64,000 nt of DNA from positions 1 to 64,000 of the IMG/VR virus record IMGVR_UViG_3300017706_001340; one strand, 5' to 3'. This DNA is from a virus. Position numbers and translations under genes: made by a program. This document shows positions 1-9,818 of this stretch, in pieces. The number at the start of each line of letters is the position of its first letter. Within the stretch, counting starts at the first letter, position 1. Below the pieces are notes generated by a model. It was not told the DNA's origin and did no database searches. It was given only the letters and a program-made list of their open reading frames with translations.

Positions 1-200
1 GGAACATCCACATCAAATATATTGGCATCAGCATCGTTGTTATTCCCGTGTATGTAAAACTTGCCATCTGTTGTGTCGACTGTCAACTTGTCCAGTTCTG
101 TCGGAACATCCACATCAAATATATTGGATGTAGCATCATTATTACCTCCACTGACAAGAAATTTACCATCTGTTGTGTCAATTGTTACTTGATCTAGAAA
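1..200. repeat. ~102-bp coding tandem repeat (34 aa)
   Basis: GGAACATCCACATCAAATATATTGG occurs at 1-25 and 103-127, and CCATCTGTTGTGTC recurs at about 64 and 166. Confidence 0.85.
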
Positions 201-899
201 TGTATGATCATTAACATGCAACCCACCTTCGATATAAATTGATCCACTTTTACCGGCATCTTTTTGATCTGATTGATCTGCAACTTCATAAGGATCTGGC
301 ACGACACTAACACTACCGACAAGAGTCATGCGTTGATTTGGCTGATCAATATCTTCCAAATTGCCTAAATTCACTCCGATCCATCCACCTAAATCGTTTT
401 GATTGTCTGCAGACCCTGTAATTAAGAAGGTTGAGGCACCGTCATTTTTAAAATGTACAATATCATTCGTACCATATTGATCAACGGTAAATGCTGCGGT
501 CATACCGTTTGTGTTGTCTGCTAAAACCTCAATTTCTGTAGCACTTTTGGCATGTACTTGAGTGTGCAGATATGTCAATTCACCGAGTGCAGTTAGATTT
601 CCAGTGATTGTAACATCCCCATCCACTAGCATGCTGTCCCTAAAAATATTCCAACCTATAGGGTTGAGAACCTCATAAGGTAAGTCCATTGTGTCTCTAC
701 TATTACTCTTTCCGAGGTTGCCGTTGTTAAAAGGATGTGTGTTGTTAGCACTAACAACGCCATTCAACACGAAATCACCAATGAATGGAAAGTCGTGACT
801 AGCTAGTGGGTCCAATCCACTATCTACAATGTGGGGACTTGGTAGTGTGTGATGATTAGCAGAGTGGAATTTATTGTGAAATTTTCTATTACCGGCCAT
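1..899 (-). CDS. Tail fibre/virion structural protein with 34-aa repeats (partial, runs off window start; not in ORF track)
   Basis: ATG at 899 gives MAGNRKFHNKFHSANHHTLPS... and stays open to position 1. It contains fibre-like 'VDGDVTITGNLTALG' and 'GSIYIEGGLHV' segments and repeated 'TxDTTDGKFxxxGxNNDAxxNIFDVDVP'. TATAAATA lies 6 nt upstream. Confidence 0.7.
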   Translation of the reverse strand, partial: MAGNRKFHNKFHSANHHTLPSPHIVDSGLDPLASHDFPFIGDFVLNGVVSANNTHPFNNGNLGKSNSRDTMDLPYEVLNPIGWNIFRDSMLVDGDVTITGNLTALGELTYLHTQVHAKSATEIEVLADNTNGMTAAFTVDQYGTNDIVHFKNDGASTFLITGSADNQNDLGGWIGVNLGNLEDIDQPNQRMTLVGSVSVVPDPYEVADQSDQKDAGKSGSIYIEGGLHVNDHTFLDQVTIDTTDGKFLVSGGNNDATSNIFDVDVPTELDKLTVDTTDGKFYIHGNNNDADANIFDVDV

Positions 900-905
900 A
901 TACAA

Positions 906-913
906 TATTTATA
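906..913 (-). promoter_or_regulatory. T4-type late promoter TATAAATA
   Basis: Exact T4 gp55 consensus 6 nt upstream of ATG 899; gp55 is encoded in the window. Confidence 0.75.
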
Positions 914-955
914 CTAGAGACGGTGCTTGAAGTACTTAATATGTCAAAACTATGT

Positions 956-977
956 CACATATTTGCGTAAATATGTG
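956..977. terminator. Possible intergenic hairpin
   Basis: CACATATTT-GCGT-AAATATGTG inverted repeat just downstream of the 588-aa gene. The stem is AT-rich and the U-tract is weak. Confidence 0.35.
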
Positions 978-1001
978 GAGCACAAGAGATAATATTTTAT
1001 A

Positions 1002-2768
1002 TTAACTTAATAACACCGTTTTAGATGGATCTGGAAAGACATTTATACTCTTTTCTTGCATGTTTTCTGCAATGAGTAGTTGTAACTCATATAATCTCCT
1101 CAAACATCTATTAACTGTTGCTGAAAGAATGATTTCATTGTTTGAAATGTAATTATCGAGCTTAACATCATAATTTAACGACTCTAGATCATCAACGTTC
1201 AAATATCTGAAACCGAGATATTGAGAAATACCCTTATCGTCAAAGAAAGTCGCAAACTTTCGAGAGATGTTTTCGAGCAACATCATGTTATTGTACAATA
1301 CCTTGTACAACATCTTATTATATGTGATAACATCTACATTATCATCCGGATCAATACGCAACTGATCGAATAACAAAATGCTTTGATCGATCTCACTTTC
1401 CAGGCTATTCTGAAACCCGCTATCCTCAACAAATCTATATAATGTGTTGTTAAATTCCTCGAATAACAAAATTTCATCCATAATTGACCCGTCATCTTGA
1501 ATTTTAGTGTGTATTGTTATATCTTGTAGTGATCGATCAGATATACTTGATCCTATCTCCCTATCCTCAAATCTAAATCTACCTATAAAGCTGGTGGGTC
1601 GTGACAAATATTTTTTGTAAATATTTTTATTAGTGACAATATACATTATATTTTCATTTTCCAGACTAAAATATAGCTTTCTGTATACCTCGGTCGCTAT
1701 CTCACCGTCATGCCTTCGAAAATTCATAAGATCATCTGTTGATATCATGTTGAGTTTTGCATCGAATGATGCTATTGTTGGTGCAACATCAGTTAGTGAT
1801 TCATCGTTACTTATAATGTGGAAACTATTGAATCTATAATTATATTCAATATCAATCGCTGGTTGTGTATCGAACATACCTAGGTTGAAGTTACTCTTCC
1901 AGTTTAAATGTGAATCAAAGTGTTTTAAAACACACTCTCTGGACGAGGGATCTTGATCCAATACATATATATCATTATTAACAACCGTAAAGCACACTGG
2001 AGATAAAAATCTTATTTTATCATACAACACACCTGATCCACCCACCATCCTGGTAAGCAATCTACCCGGGGTGTCATTCTTCAGGATAGCTTCATCTAGT
2101 GATGTGATACCTGAAATATCAAACTTAAACACCGTTTTATGAAAACCGTCTAAAACAAACAGCTCTTTATCTTTATTCACGTCCATATCGATGATGTCTT
2201 GGAAATTTATACCGTTGGATGGATGTGTTATGCTCGAATCGGATCTAACGATAGAGTCTAATATCGGTTCACCGCTACTGTCCAGTCTCAGCGTGTCTGG
2301 ATTGGTTATTACGTCTATATTAACTGTGTCTGTGCCACTCAACAACATTACATTCGTTTGAGTGGCTGTTATGAGGTTAAAATTATTTGGATCTATTATG
2401 TTTTGTATCTTGACCACATGCTTGGTTCCAGCTAGCTCACTGTCTGGTTCTCTGATATCTTGTGACAAAAATCCCCACTCAACACCATCACCCTTGTCGG
2501 TAACAATCCGGTCACCTCGAAGCACATCTGGTATGTCATTAGTAGGTATCACTGAATACGAGAGTAGATACAACCAATTTTTGTACAAATGTTCAATAGA
2601 GTTGTTGATACTATCAACCAATACAAAATCATTTGGTTTGATCTTGATGGACTCCCAATCTACCGGTAATACAACTTGATCACCTGGTAATCTATCTTGC
2701 AAGAGACCGTAATCTCGTATTTCATTAACTATAATTGATTCAAAGCTTGATGTGTTCATGTTATCCAA
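1002..2768 (-). CDS. Virion/baseplate-associated protein with beta-propeller (NHL-like) region
   Basis: 588 aa with blade-like motifs (DIIDMDVNKDKELFVLDG, FLSPVCFTVVNNDIYVLD) in a structural gene context. Confidence 0.5.
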   Translation of the reverse strand: MDNMNTSSFESIIVNEIRDYGLLQDRLPGDQVVLPVDWESIKIKPNDFVLVDSINNSIEHLYKNWLYLLSYSVIPTNDIPDVLRGDRIVTDKGDGVEWGFLSQDIREPDSELAGTKHVVKIQNIIDPNNFNLITATQTNVMLLSGTDTVNIDVITNPDTLRLDSSGEPILDSIVRSDSSITHPSNGINFQDIIDMDVNKDKELFVLDGFHKTVFKFDISGITSLDEAILKNDTPGRLLTRMVGGSGVLYDKIRFLSPVCFTVVNNDIYVLDQDPSSRECVLKHFDSHLNWKSNFNLGMFDTQPAIDIEYNYRFNSFHIISNDESLTDVAPTIASFDAKLNMISTDDLMNFRRHDGEIATEVYRKLYFSLENENIMYIVTNKNIYKKYLSRPTSFIGRFRFEDREIGSSISDRSLQDITIHTKIQDDGSIMDEILLFEEFNNTLYRFVEDSGFQNSLESEIDQSILLFDQLRIDPDDNVDVITYNKMLYKVLYNNMMLLENISRKFATFFDDKGISQYLGFRYLNVDDLESLNYDVKLDNYISNNEIILSATVNRCLRRLYELQLLIAENMQEKSINVFPDPSKTVLLS

Positions 2769-5700
2769 TTGATATTATTTATAGATGTATTGGCTGGTAG
2801 AGACTCATCAACAATCTCCTTCAGTTGTTGTTGTATATATTGCTGTAATTCAGTTGTACCAGCTGTGTTTGTAGTTATATCTATATCGATCGCGTTCGAT
2901 TTCTGTCCAGGTTCACGATGTTTATAAAATTTTGTGGCATGATCTATATGATTACGTTTACCGCATGGTAATGTGAGGTTGATAGACCTCACCTCTTGCT
3001 GTTCTCTGCTCAACATCTTTATTTTCTGAAAATTTAGATACTCATTATACACGCGGTACTTACGTATCTTGTAATCACCACTGAATCCATAATAATCAAT
3101 ACCTACACGTTCACTAAATGTTATGTTGTTAAAAAATGGTTCAGATCCGACCAATAGTGGATCGTGTATCGATCTACTATACTTGAACGCGGCACCACTA
3201 GCTTCATCATCACTAGATTGAGCATCTGTTAACACTCCATCAACAAACAAACTGAGATTACTATTGGCACTATTAAAAGAGAATGCGAAATGATGATAAC
3301 CGGAGGAGAAATCATCGATATTGACCACTAGCTTCATTATTTTGAACTTATCTGTATCAAAATAGCTCTGATATTTGAATTGAAAGATTAAATCGTTGGT
3401 TTGTATGTGTTTCCTACATAATTGTCGATACAACTCAAAACATGTCACATCAACTTGGTTTGACAAATTAACATCACTCAAATCAATTTCATTTTTCTCT
3501 CTAATCGTGAAGTCATCATCAACATTGAGTTTGATGTAATGTGTAACACCTTGATCATCTTTCAACAACACAATGCAGTATGTGTTGTAACCAAAGTCTT
3601 TACTCACTTCAGTTATCATATCAAAATATACTTCAGTGTAAGCCTTTTCACTTAAACTGGTGTCTAGAGACTTCAGATCCACCTGGAATAATATATTTCT
3701 CAGGTTATCCATCTTAACCACCTTTGTATCATCGTATAACACTATAATATTATTATCATAATCACATTTTATACCATTGATATTAAATTCTGCAGATAAT
3801 GCTTGGGTTGTTGAGCTTGAACCTCTATCCACTCCTCCATCTAACTTGATATAATCATCAACTGTCAACACAACACTTGAATTACCGCGAATCAGATTGA
3901 CTTTATTGTCTCTATTAACATTATTCCACTCAGTTATTAATGTGAATATCGTTTTGACACCATCTCCCTGTAACTCTATATCATTACCATCTGAACCTTT
4001 AAAATTTTCTTCCGCAATCAACTGTACCTCACTCTGTCCTGTGTCGCTACTTCCTGCACCTACAATACCTTGCCAGGTGGCATTAACACCCAGGCGATTG
4101 CTGAGAGAGTATCTGAATACCCTGTTTCCCTTGGAAAACCACACACTATTGTAATTGTCAATTGTAAAATGATCACAATTTATTCTGAACTGTAGATCCC
4201 CATCATCCACAGGTCGTATATATGTGTTATCCGATTGTTCCCAAGTGATATCACTTATTGAAGCAGCATGTTCAATTGAACCTATCACCGTATCATAAGG
4301 ATATGCTCTGTTCAACTGGTCCTTCACCTCGGTCTGAATATTATACCTGTGTATATTGTTTTGATCGTCTAGTATATAGTAAAAATTATCGTCCACTGTC
4401 GCATCAACAATAGCACTCACGTCAAACATCGTGGATTCAACCAACATGCCCTTCATGTCATATGAAGTCGCAGAAACGCTATCAAACATCATCAAATCCT
4501 CATTACCTGTCAATTTGGTGAAGCTGTTTGTTGACGATACAGGCAGTGAATAGAGTTCGGTCATCGATGTGTTGTAAACACGCACATCATGATCTGTTCT
4601 GAGTATTATATAAGGTGTTATGTTTTGTTTGTTGAACACCCCGACTCCTTGATTTGTGTAATTACCTAACATTTGACCTGCAAACGGCGTCGACCAGTCG
4701 TCTCTATGCATCTGGAACGATATTGTGAAATCACTGTTGGTGATATTTGCAGGTGTTGTTGTCTCGATGTATTGATCATGATCAAACAACACTTCATCGT
4801 TTATATTTGTCATTGAATTGCGATCTTGATCGTAAGCAGGTATGATACCATCATGAATCATACTTTCATTGTTACTGTTTATTATTGTGTCAATTTGACT
4901 CTCTCCAATTCTATAATACGCATACAAACAACCTGGTTCAAAAGTTAGGTCACTAGTTTTATCAAATATATACTGGTCTTGAGCTCCTAGTAAATCAACA
5001 ACAGTCTCAAACTTCGTCACATAACTAGAGTATTGACCTTCAATCTCGAGAGCTTTTTGAGAACTAAACTTTTCTGGATTGTAATATCTATCAACCCACA
5101 CTGGAGGTGGACTATCAATCTCCTCCCACTCATCAGGATTGATATTTGGTTTCAATCCCGTGTTTTCTATAACACACTTATAGACGGTGTTGTCATAATT
5201 GACAATAACATTGACTCTGAACAATGTCTTGTCATTCCAATCAACACCTATATTGGACTTCAACCATGAGCACAACCATACACCGGTGTCCTCATCTGAC
5301 GGTGCACCATTAGGAGTGTTGTACTTGTAACTTGCTGCTTTCTTGAATATTTTATCTGAGTTGATAGGGGTGTCTCCACCAATGGCTCCACTTTGAATCA
5401 ATCCACTGTCATTTATGTTTATTCTATCATAAGGAAACATGTGTTGTGGTGAATTGAAGTATGTGACTCTATCAGGCTCGAGTATTATTTCAGTTTCATA
5501 TGAGTTGTAATTTAAGTTCAATCCCGTCCCGGCATCGATATGATCAGATGTGAGTATTTGATCATACTCTCTATGATCAACATCACGTAAGTTTGGAAAA
5601 GGGTTGTTTCTGTTCGATCTGTTGTTTATGTTGAGCTGATTTTTCAATTGTATCACATCTGATCTTAGTAGATTGTCCTGTATGTTTTTGTGTTGTGATA

Positions 5701-6622
5701 CTATCAAATAATTATTGGTGACCGAATCATACGATTTGGTCGGGTTGATGTTCAGGTTGTTGGTGTCTCCAGTTGTCTGGTAGCTGGCCCAGCTGTTTTG
5801 AAGAGTTGTAACTGTGGTGTTTCTACTGTAAGGTATATATTTAAACACACTCTCTGGTGGATATCGTAGTGGGTTCAAGTATTCTACGGATCGTGCGAGA
5901 AGCACACCAGCGTTGTCGGTCACAGGTGTCACGTAGTATGTAGTGTTGTTTATCTTCTTATAAAATATAATATATCCATAATCTTTGTTGATGTAATAGT
6001 TGAAAAACTGCTCATCACCCGGAGTTTCATTAGATGGTTGCTCGAATACAATCAAGACAGTTTGACCATCTTGTTGCATCTTTGCCGTCATGTACACATT
6101 GTTAGTGTTATCATTATGATTGACACTCGCTAGCTGTTCATCATGTAGTGTTACAGTGTAGTATATAGCGTTATCCACCGTGTCTTGCGCCCATCTATAT
6201 GTCTGCTTAGATGTACTCGGATAAACATGTTCTCCCATGGTTAAATCACTGGTACGTACCCCCACCAGATGGTCACGTTGACTGTCTTGTTCGTCCTTTT
6301 CGAATATATACAAGTATGCGGAATTGTTGGTCACAGATGGATATGCATTTGCTAACAAACTTGTGGTGAATTGTTCCGGATATTGCTGCCCAGGTAGATT
6401 TATATCGATGATATCGTTTATCTGCACTTGATTCGTCAGTATCATAGATGAATGTTCATCTGTAACTGTATCAACACAGTGCTGTTGAGCAAAAGAGCTC
6501 TTCAACTTGATACCATCCACTGGATCGATGGTGCGTTGATCAAATGACAACGAGTCATCATGCAATTCACTTATATCAAGCGATGTCCATGATTCATTTT
6601 TACTAATCTCAACGTTTTTCAT
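2756..6622 (-). CDS. Large virion protein with CBM5/12-like module, beta-propeller and LamG/ConA-like domain
   Basis: 1288 aa. Contains 'WNDKTLFRVNVIVNYDNTVYKC...P..WEEI' (CBM5/12-like) and LamG motifs 'DFTISF', 'YHHFAFSF...LSLFVDG', 'PLLVG', 'FSG..IRKYRVYN'. TAAATA at 6636-6641. Confidence 0.6.
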   Translation of the reverse strand: MKNVEISKNESWTSLDISELHDDSLSFDQRTIDPVDGIKLKSSFAQQHCVDTVTDEHSSMILTNQVQINDIIDINLPGQQYPEQFTTSLLANAYPSVTNNSAYLYIFEKDEQDSQRDHLVGVRTSDLTMGEHVYPSTSKQTYRWAQDTVDNAIYYTVTLHDEQLASVNHNDNTNNVYMTAKMQQDGQTVLIVFEQPSNETPGDEQFFNYYINKDYGYIIFYKKINNTTYYVTPVTDNAGVLLARSVEYLNPLRYPPESVFKYIPYSRNTTVTTLQNSWASYQTTGDTNNLNINPTKSYDSVTNNYLIVSQHKNIQDNLLRSDVIQLKNQLNINNRSNRNNPFPNLRDVDHREYDQILTSDHIDAGTGLNLNYNSYETEIILEPDRVTYFNSPQHMFPYDRININDSGLIQSGAIGGDTPINSDKIFKKAASYKYNTPNGAPSDEDTGVWLCSWLKSNIGVDWNDKTLFRVNVIVNYDNTVYKCVIENTGLKPNINPDEWEEIDSPPPVWVDRYYNPEKFSSQKALEIEGQYSSYVTKFETVVDLLGAQDQYIFDKTSDLTFEPGCLYAYYRIGESQIDTIINSNNESMIHDGIIPAYDQDRNSMTNINDEVLFDHDQYIETTTPANITNSDFTISFQMHRDDWSTPFAGQMLGNYTNQGVGVFNKQNITPYIILRTDHDVRVYNTSMTELYSLPVSSTNSFTKLTGNEDLMMFDSVSATSYDMKGMLVESTMFDVSAIVDATVDDNFYYILDDQNNIHRYNIQTEVKDQLNRAYPYDTVIGSIEHAASISDITWEQSDNTYIRPVDDGDLQFRINCDHFTIDNYNSVWFSKGNRVFRYSLSNRLGVNATWQGIVGAGSSDTGQSEVQLIAEENFKGSDGNDIELQGDGVKTIFTLITEWNNVNRDNKVNLIRGNSSVVLTVDDYIKLDGGVDRGSSSTTQALSAEFNINGIKCDYDNNIIVLYDDTKVVKMDNLRNILFQVDLKSLDTSLSEKAYTEVYFDMITEVSKDFGYNTYCIVLLKDDQGVTHYIKLNVDDDFTIREKNEIDLSDVNLSNQVDVTCFELYRQLCRKHIQTNDLIFQFKYQSYFDTDKFKIMKLVVNIDDFSSGYHHFAFSFNSANSNLSLFVDGVLTDAQSSDDEASGAAFKYSRSIHDPLLVGSEPFFNNITFSERVGIDYYGFSGDYKIRKYRVYNEYLNFQKIKMLSREQQEVRSINLTLPCGKRNHIDHATKFYKHREPGQKSNAIDIDITTNTAGTTELQQYIQQQLKEIVDESLPANTSINNINWIT

Positions 6623-6647
6623 GTTTGTACACGGTTATTTATCGTCG

Positions 6648-6666
6648 AGATGGTATTGTACCATCT
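6648..6666. terminator. Possible hairpin separating early operon from late genes
   Basis: AGATGGTA-TTG-TACCATCT perfect 8-bp stem in the intergenic gap downstream of the 8791-6707 operon. Confidence 0.4.
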
Positions 6667-6706
6667 AATGGTGGTGTTATATTAATTTATATTGATTATT
6701 TTACTA

Positions 6707-7075
6707 TTATGTGTCTATAATCGTTATGGTGAGTCTCGTGTCATGAAATTTATTCACCACTTCAGGTATATTCTGTTCCACCATGTCAATCTTTCTTTGA
6801 TTTTTTTTGCAAAGATCAGCTATTGTGTATGAGAATTTAACAAATGAATCACCATGTAGTACTCTGAATGGATATGGTATTTCGTAATTTTTATTCAGAC
6901 TCTTACTTGTTTGTAAAATGAACTTAACGTAATACTCATCATGTGTGAACAACATCAATTTACCTCTACGTACTGTCTTCTCACCAAGAGTGAATATAAC
7001 CTGCTTGAGAAGCAAGTTCTTCATACATTTGAGTGTGTCTAGTGGTTTATACATCGAAGAAGGATTGTTTCTCAC
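6707..7075 (-). CDS. Hypothetical protein
   Basis: ORF coupled to the upstream gene; true start may be 7054 or 7024. Confidence 0.6.
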   Translation of the reverse strand: MRNNPSSMYKPLDTLKCMKNLLLKQVIFTLGEKTVRRGKLMLFTHDEYYVKFILQTSKSLNKNYEIPYPFRVLHGDSFVKFSYTIADLCKKNQRKIDMVEQNIPEVVNKFHDTRLTITIIDT

Positions 7076-7433
7076 CTGGAGTCATGGGGTGTATTGAATT
7101 GCTGAAGTATTCCCAGAAATCACTACCGTCACCACTCACGGGCATCTGGCTTATGAGCGTGCAATTGTCGACACTTATTGCTCTGTAATCTTGCTTAAAT
7201 ATATCCCATGCAATCACGAGATTTTTACTCGCTGGACTGTATTTTGGTGTGCCAGTTGCTTGCCTATAATGTAGTGTCTCTCTACCTGGTTCACCTTTTA
7301 ATATTACAGGTGAGTTCGTGCATAGCATGCGTCTGGTCGCTGGTGCTCCTGCCTTGGGTCTACGTCGCTTGAACTTTATTTCTAAAACATTATTTTCAAG
7401 CAACACTCGTAGTGTGCTTGCCCCTATCTTCAT
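7047..7433 (-). CDS. DUF2693/WYL_2-like Sm/SH3-fold protein
   Basis: Pattern 'L..NVLEIKFKR....RRMLCT...NLVIAWDI.KQDYRAISVD' typical of T4-like DUF2693 proteins. Confidence 0.7.
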   Translation of the reverse strand: MKIGASTLRVLLENNVLEIKFKRRRPKAGAPATRRMLCTNSPVILKGEPGRETLHYRQATGTPKYSPASKNLVIAWDIFKQDYRAISVDNCTLISQMPVSGDGSDFWEYFSNSIHPMTPGEKQSFFDV

Positions 7434-7864
7434 TAGTCACTCTTAGGTTGACAAACACCGAAAATTCTATCCTCATTGAGAAAACAACTGTTCTTAACTT
7501 TACCTGATCCAGACACCTCTAGATTACCAACAGCAATTCCTTTGTCGTTAGGAAACGTAACACAATCCCCTTTCTTGACCAGCTTACAGTTTGGACCAGC
7601 TAGTAACACTTCACCAATTCTCCATGTGAATGTGCTGGTGTTGATAGGTACCCACACTCCGTTTTTAAGTATTTCAGTCCCTTGGTCATTACAATCTACA
7701 TACTTGACGAGTATAACGTCATCTAAGACGGTGGTCAACTCATAACCAAACAAATTAAAATTCTCGCTACCGGCATAATTGTCTAGTTGAATGGCACCCT
7801 TTACTTGGTCATCAAGATTGGCTTGAGCATGCTGAACTTGTGCTGTGTTTGCTGCTGTATTCAT
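7433..7864 (-). CDS. groES: GroES-like co-chaperonin
   Basis: 'LDDVILVK...GEVLLAGPNCKLVKKGDCVTFP...FLNEDRIFG' cpn10 signature; probable start MNTAANT at 7864. Confidence 0.8.
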   Translation of the reverse strand: MNTAANTAQVQHAQANLDDQVKGAIQLDNYAGSENFNLFGYELTTVLDDVILVKYVDCNDQGTEILKNGVWVPINTSTFTWRIGEVLLAGPNCKLVKKGDCVTFPNDKGIAVGNLEVSGSGKVKNSCFLNEDRIFGVCQPKSD

Positions 7865-8210
7865 AATAAGATTTAATCTCCCTTTCTGATAATTCAAGCC
7901 GCTTGGCCAATAGCTTCACATTTTCGAATTGTTTTATGTCTTCTGGTTTTTTCTTTTTGATATAATGGATTCGTTTGTTCTGTAGCCTAGGAAAAATACT
8001 CGTGACAAATCTGTAATATTGTTGTTTTGTTTCGAATGTACTGTACATCCAGTTGACAGTGTTGTTGACAAGTATGGCCATGCTTGGGCTGTACATGCTA
8101 CACCAACGATTGATCATGTATTGATTGAAACTGGTCTCGTCATCAACATTCTGTAACAACTTGCCACGTTTGGTGAACAGAATGTCGTTGAGACAATCGA
8201 ATATGGTCAC
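7812..8210 (-). CDS. Clamp loader small subunit (T4 gp62-like)
   Basis: 'MTIFDCLNDI..K...FNQYMINRWCSM...QYYRF...KR..YIKK...LAKRLELSERE' resembles the gp62 family. Confidence 0.65.
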   Translation of the reverse strand: MTIFDCLNDILFTKRGKLLQNVDDETSFNQYMINRWCSMYSPSMAILVNNTVNWMYSTFETKQQYYRFVTSIFPRLQNKRIHYIKKKKPEDIKQFENVKLLAKRLELSEREIKSYYEYSSKHSTSSACSSQS

Positions 8211-8791
8211 TTACTGATTATCTTGGTTGTGGCAATAAACATGTCATCATTCATAGCATAAAACATCTCAATGACAGTGTCTTGAAGGCTTTTGATCTGT
8301 TGCTCATCAAGATTAGTACTGTATGCAAATGCTGGTGCTTTGTCACCGGCATTGATGTTGATGCCAGTGTGACCCAGAGCAGCACCATCCTTTGTGTAAG
8401 TGATGCTCACGCTGCATTTGCCTTTGTGTTGCACGATTCCACCACGTGTGAACTCTTTGTGTACAATCAAATCATCTCCATCCACTTCGATTGGAGCTTT
8501 GATCAAATTTTGTAACACATTAGCAATACCAGTGTTGAACAATCGTTGCCAAGCCACAGCTCCGAAGCTGTCCATACCAGGTATCTCCCAGCAAAAATTT
8601 ATCGCGTCATCACTGTAGATGAAATCATTTTTGAGAACATCTTCATGATCGATCATACCATCAGCTTCAACCAACATGGGGCTTCTGAATGTCACAATAT
8701 TACCAATGGGTAATGTTCTGTTTTTGAAAAATGTATATGCGAATCGGCGATGAATCAAATCACCATCATAATTGTTAACGTTTACTATCAT
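8207..8791 (-). CDS. DUF366 family protein (lipoate/biotin ligase-like fold)
   Basis: Motifs YDG, 'IVTFRSP', 'DHEDV...IYSDD', 'QRL', 'GDDL', 'KCSVSI', 'HTGINI'. Confidence 0.7.
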   Translation of the reverse strand: MIVNVNNYDGDLIHRRFAYTFFKNRTLPIGNIVTFRSPMLVEADGMIDHEDVLKNDFIYSDDAINFCWEIPGMDSFGAVAWQRLFNTGIANVLQNLIKAPIEVDGDDLIVHKEFTRGGIVQHKGKCSVSITYTKDGAALGHTGININAGDKAPAFAYSTNLDEQQIKSLQDTVIEMFYAMNDDMFIATTKIISK

Positions 8792-8797
8792 GTGTTA

Positions 8798-8826
8798 ATT
8801 ATATGATACAAATAACTCTATTGCAA
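8798..8826 (-). promoter_or_regulatory. sigma70-type early promoter
   Basis: TTGCAA-N17-TATAAT, then 6 nt to ATG 8791. Confidence 0.8.
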
Positions 8827-8830
8827 CCTT

Positions 8831-9124
8831 TTACCAATCTATAGAGTTAATAGCTTTATCATCAATAAACAGGTCATAAAATGGTTTATTAAATTTAAGT
8901 TCATGATACTTGACTCCCCAATCATTCAATTGCTGTTCAGTCAACTCAGACCAATCCTTATTTGTCGTTGACCCTCTAGCAGTCCAATAAACAATCCTGT
9001 GACCTGCATCAAATAAACTATTAGCTTTTGCAATTTTATCTAGTAATGGCTTTGCTGTCGTATGGTCGTTCCATACTGTATTGTGACAGATTGTCTCATC
9101 GATATCAATATATATAATTTTCAT
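8831..9124 (-). CDS. Small HAD-superfamily phosphatase (capsule-biosynthesis type)
   Basis: DIDETI motif I, 'WTARG', 'KP.YDLFIDDKA'. Confidence 0.8.
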   Translation of the reverse strand: MKIIYIDIDETICHNTVWNDHTTAKPLLDKIAKANSLFDAGHRIVYWTARGSTTNKDWSELTEQQLNDWGVKYHELKFNKPFYDLFIDDKAINSIDW

Positions 9125-9128
9125 TAAA

Positions 9129-9818
9129 TTATTTTGAGTTGTAAATATGGGCCGCGAGATCTAAATCATCCATGTAATCGATATCAAATGAATCTTTACA
9201 TGATAAGTTATATAATTTAGGGTTTATACCGATCCTATCATCATGCTTAATATAATTAGCTCTAGATGTAATAAAACATGCACTGTTTATTTCATATAAT
9301 GATCTAATATTTTGCGTGAAAGGCCACTTAACTTCACTTCTATCATAGTTTATAGGTTTAGTATCGTCCCAAATAAATTTTTTAATTGTATTTACGGACA
9401 TCAATGAATCAAAATCTGATAGAGAAGAAAAATAATCAACAATCATTTTATCGTAAAGTGTACTATCAACAAAAGGTGATGTTACATGTGTCCATAATAT
9501 ATGCTCATCATTAACAACATTTGGTACTAACTTAATTAACTCATCTGTTGTTGTACTTGAAGTACATAACCCATAATCTCGATGATGTACGATAATTTTT
9601 TTGTCATCTATATAATCATTTAACTGTGAGATTATATCTGTATCATCAGTTGATATAACAATTGAGTTAATATAATTGCATTTAATTAATTGTTTAATTT
9701 TTATTTGAAATAAGCTCAAACCGTCATTCGAAAACACTCTAGTGTTTTTATTTGGTATACGCACACTACCAGCTCTACATGGTAAAAATATAGTTACCTT
9801 ATGTTTTTTGTTATTCAT
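9129..9818 (-). CDS. Acylneuraminate/ulosonate cytidylyltransferase (NeuA-like)
   Basis: 'PCRAGSVRIPNKN', 'ISTDD', 'HVTSPF', 'TQ', 'DIDYMDD'. Confidence 0.85.
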   Translation of the reverse strand: MNNKKHKVTIFLPCRAGSVRIPNKNTRVFSNDGLSLFQIKIKQLIKCNYINSIVISTDDTDIISQLNDYIDDKKIIVHHRDYGLCTSSTTTDELIKLVPNVVNDEHILWTHVTSPFVDSTLYDKMIVDYFSSLSDFDSLMSVNTIKKFIWDDTKPINYDRSEVKWPFTQNIRSLYEINSACFITSRANYIKHDDRIGINPKLYNLSCKDSFDIDYMDDLDLAAHIYNSK

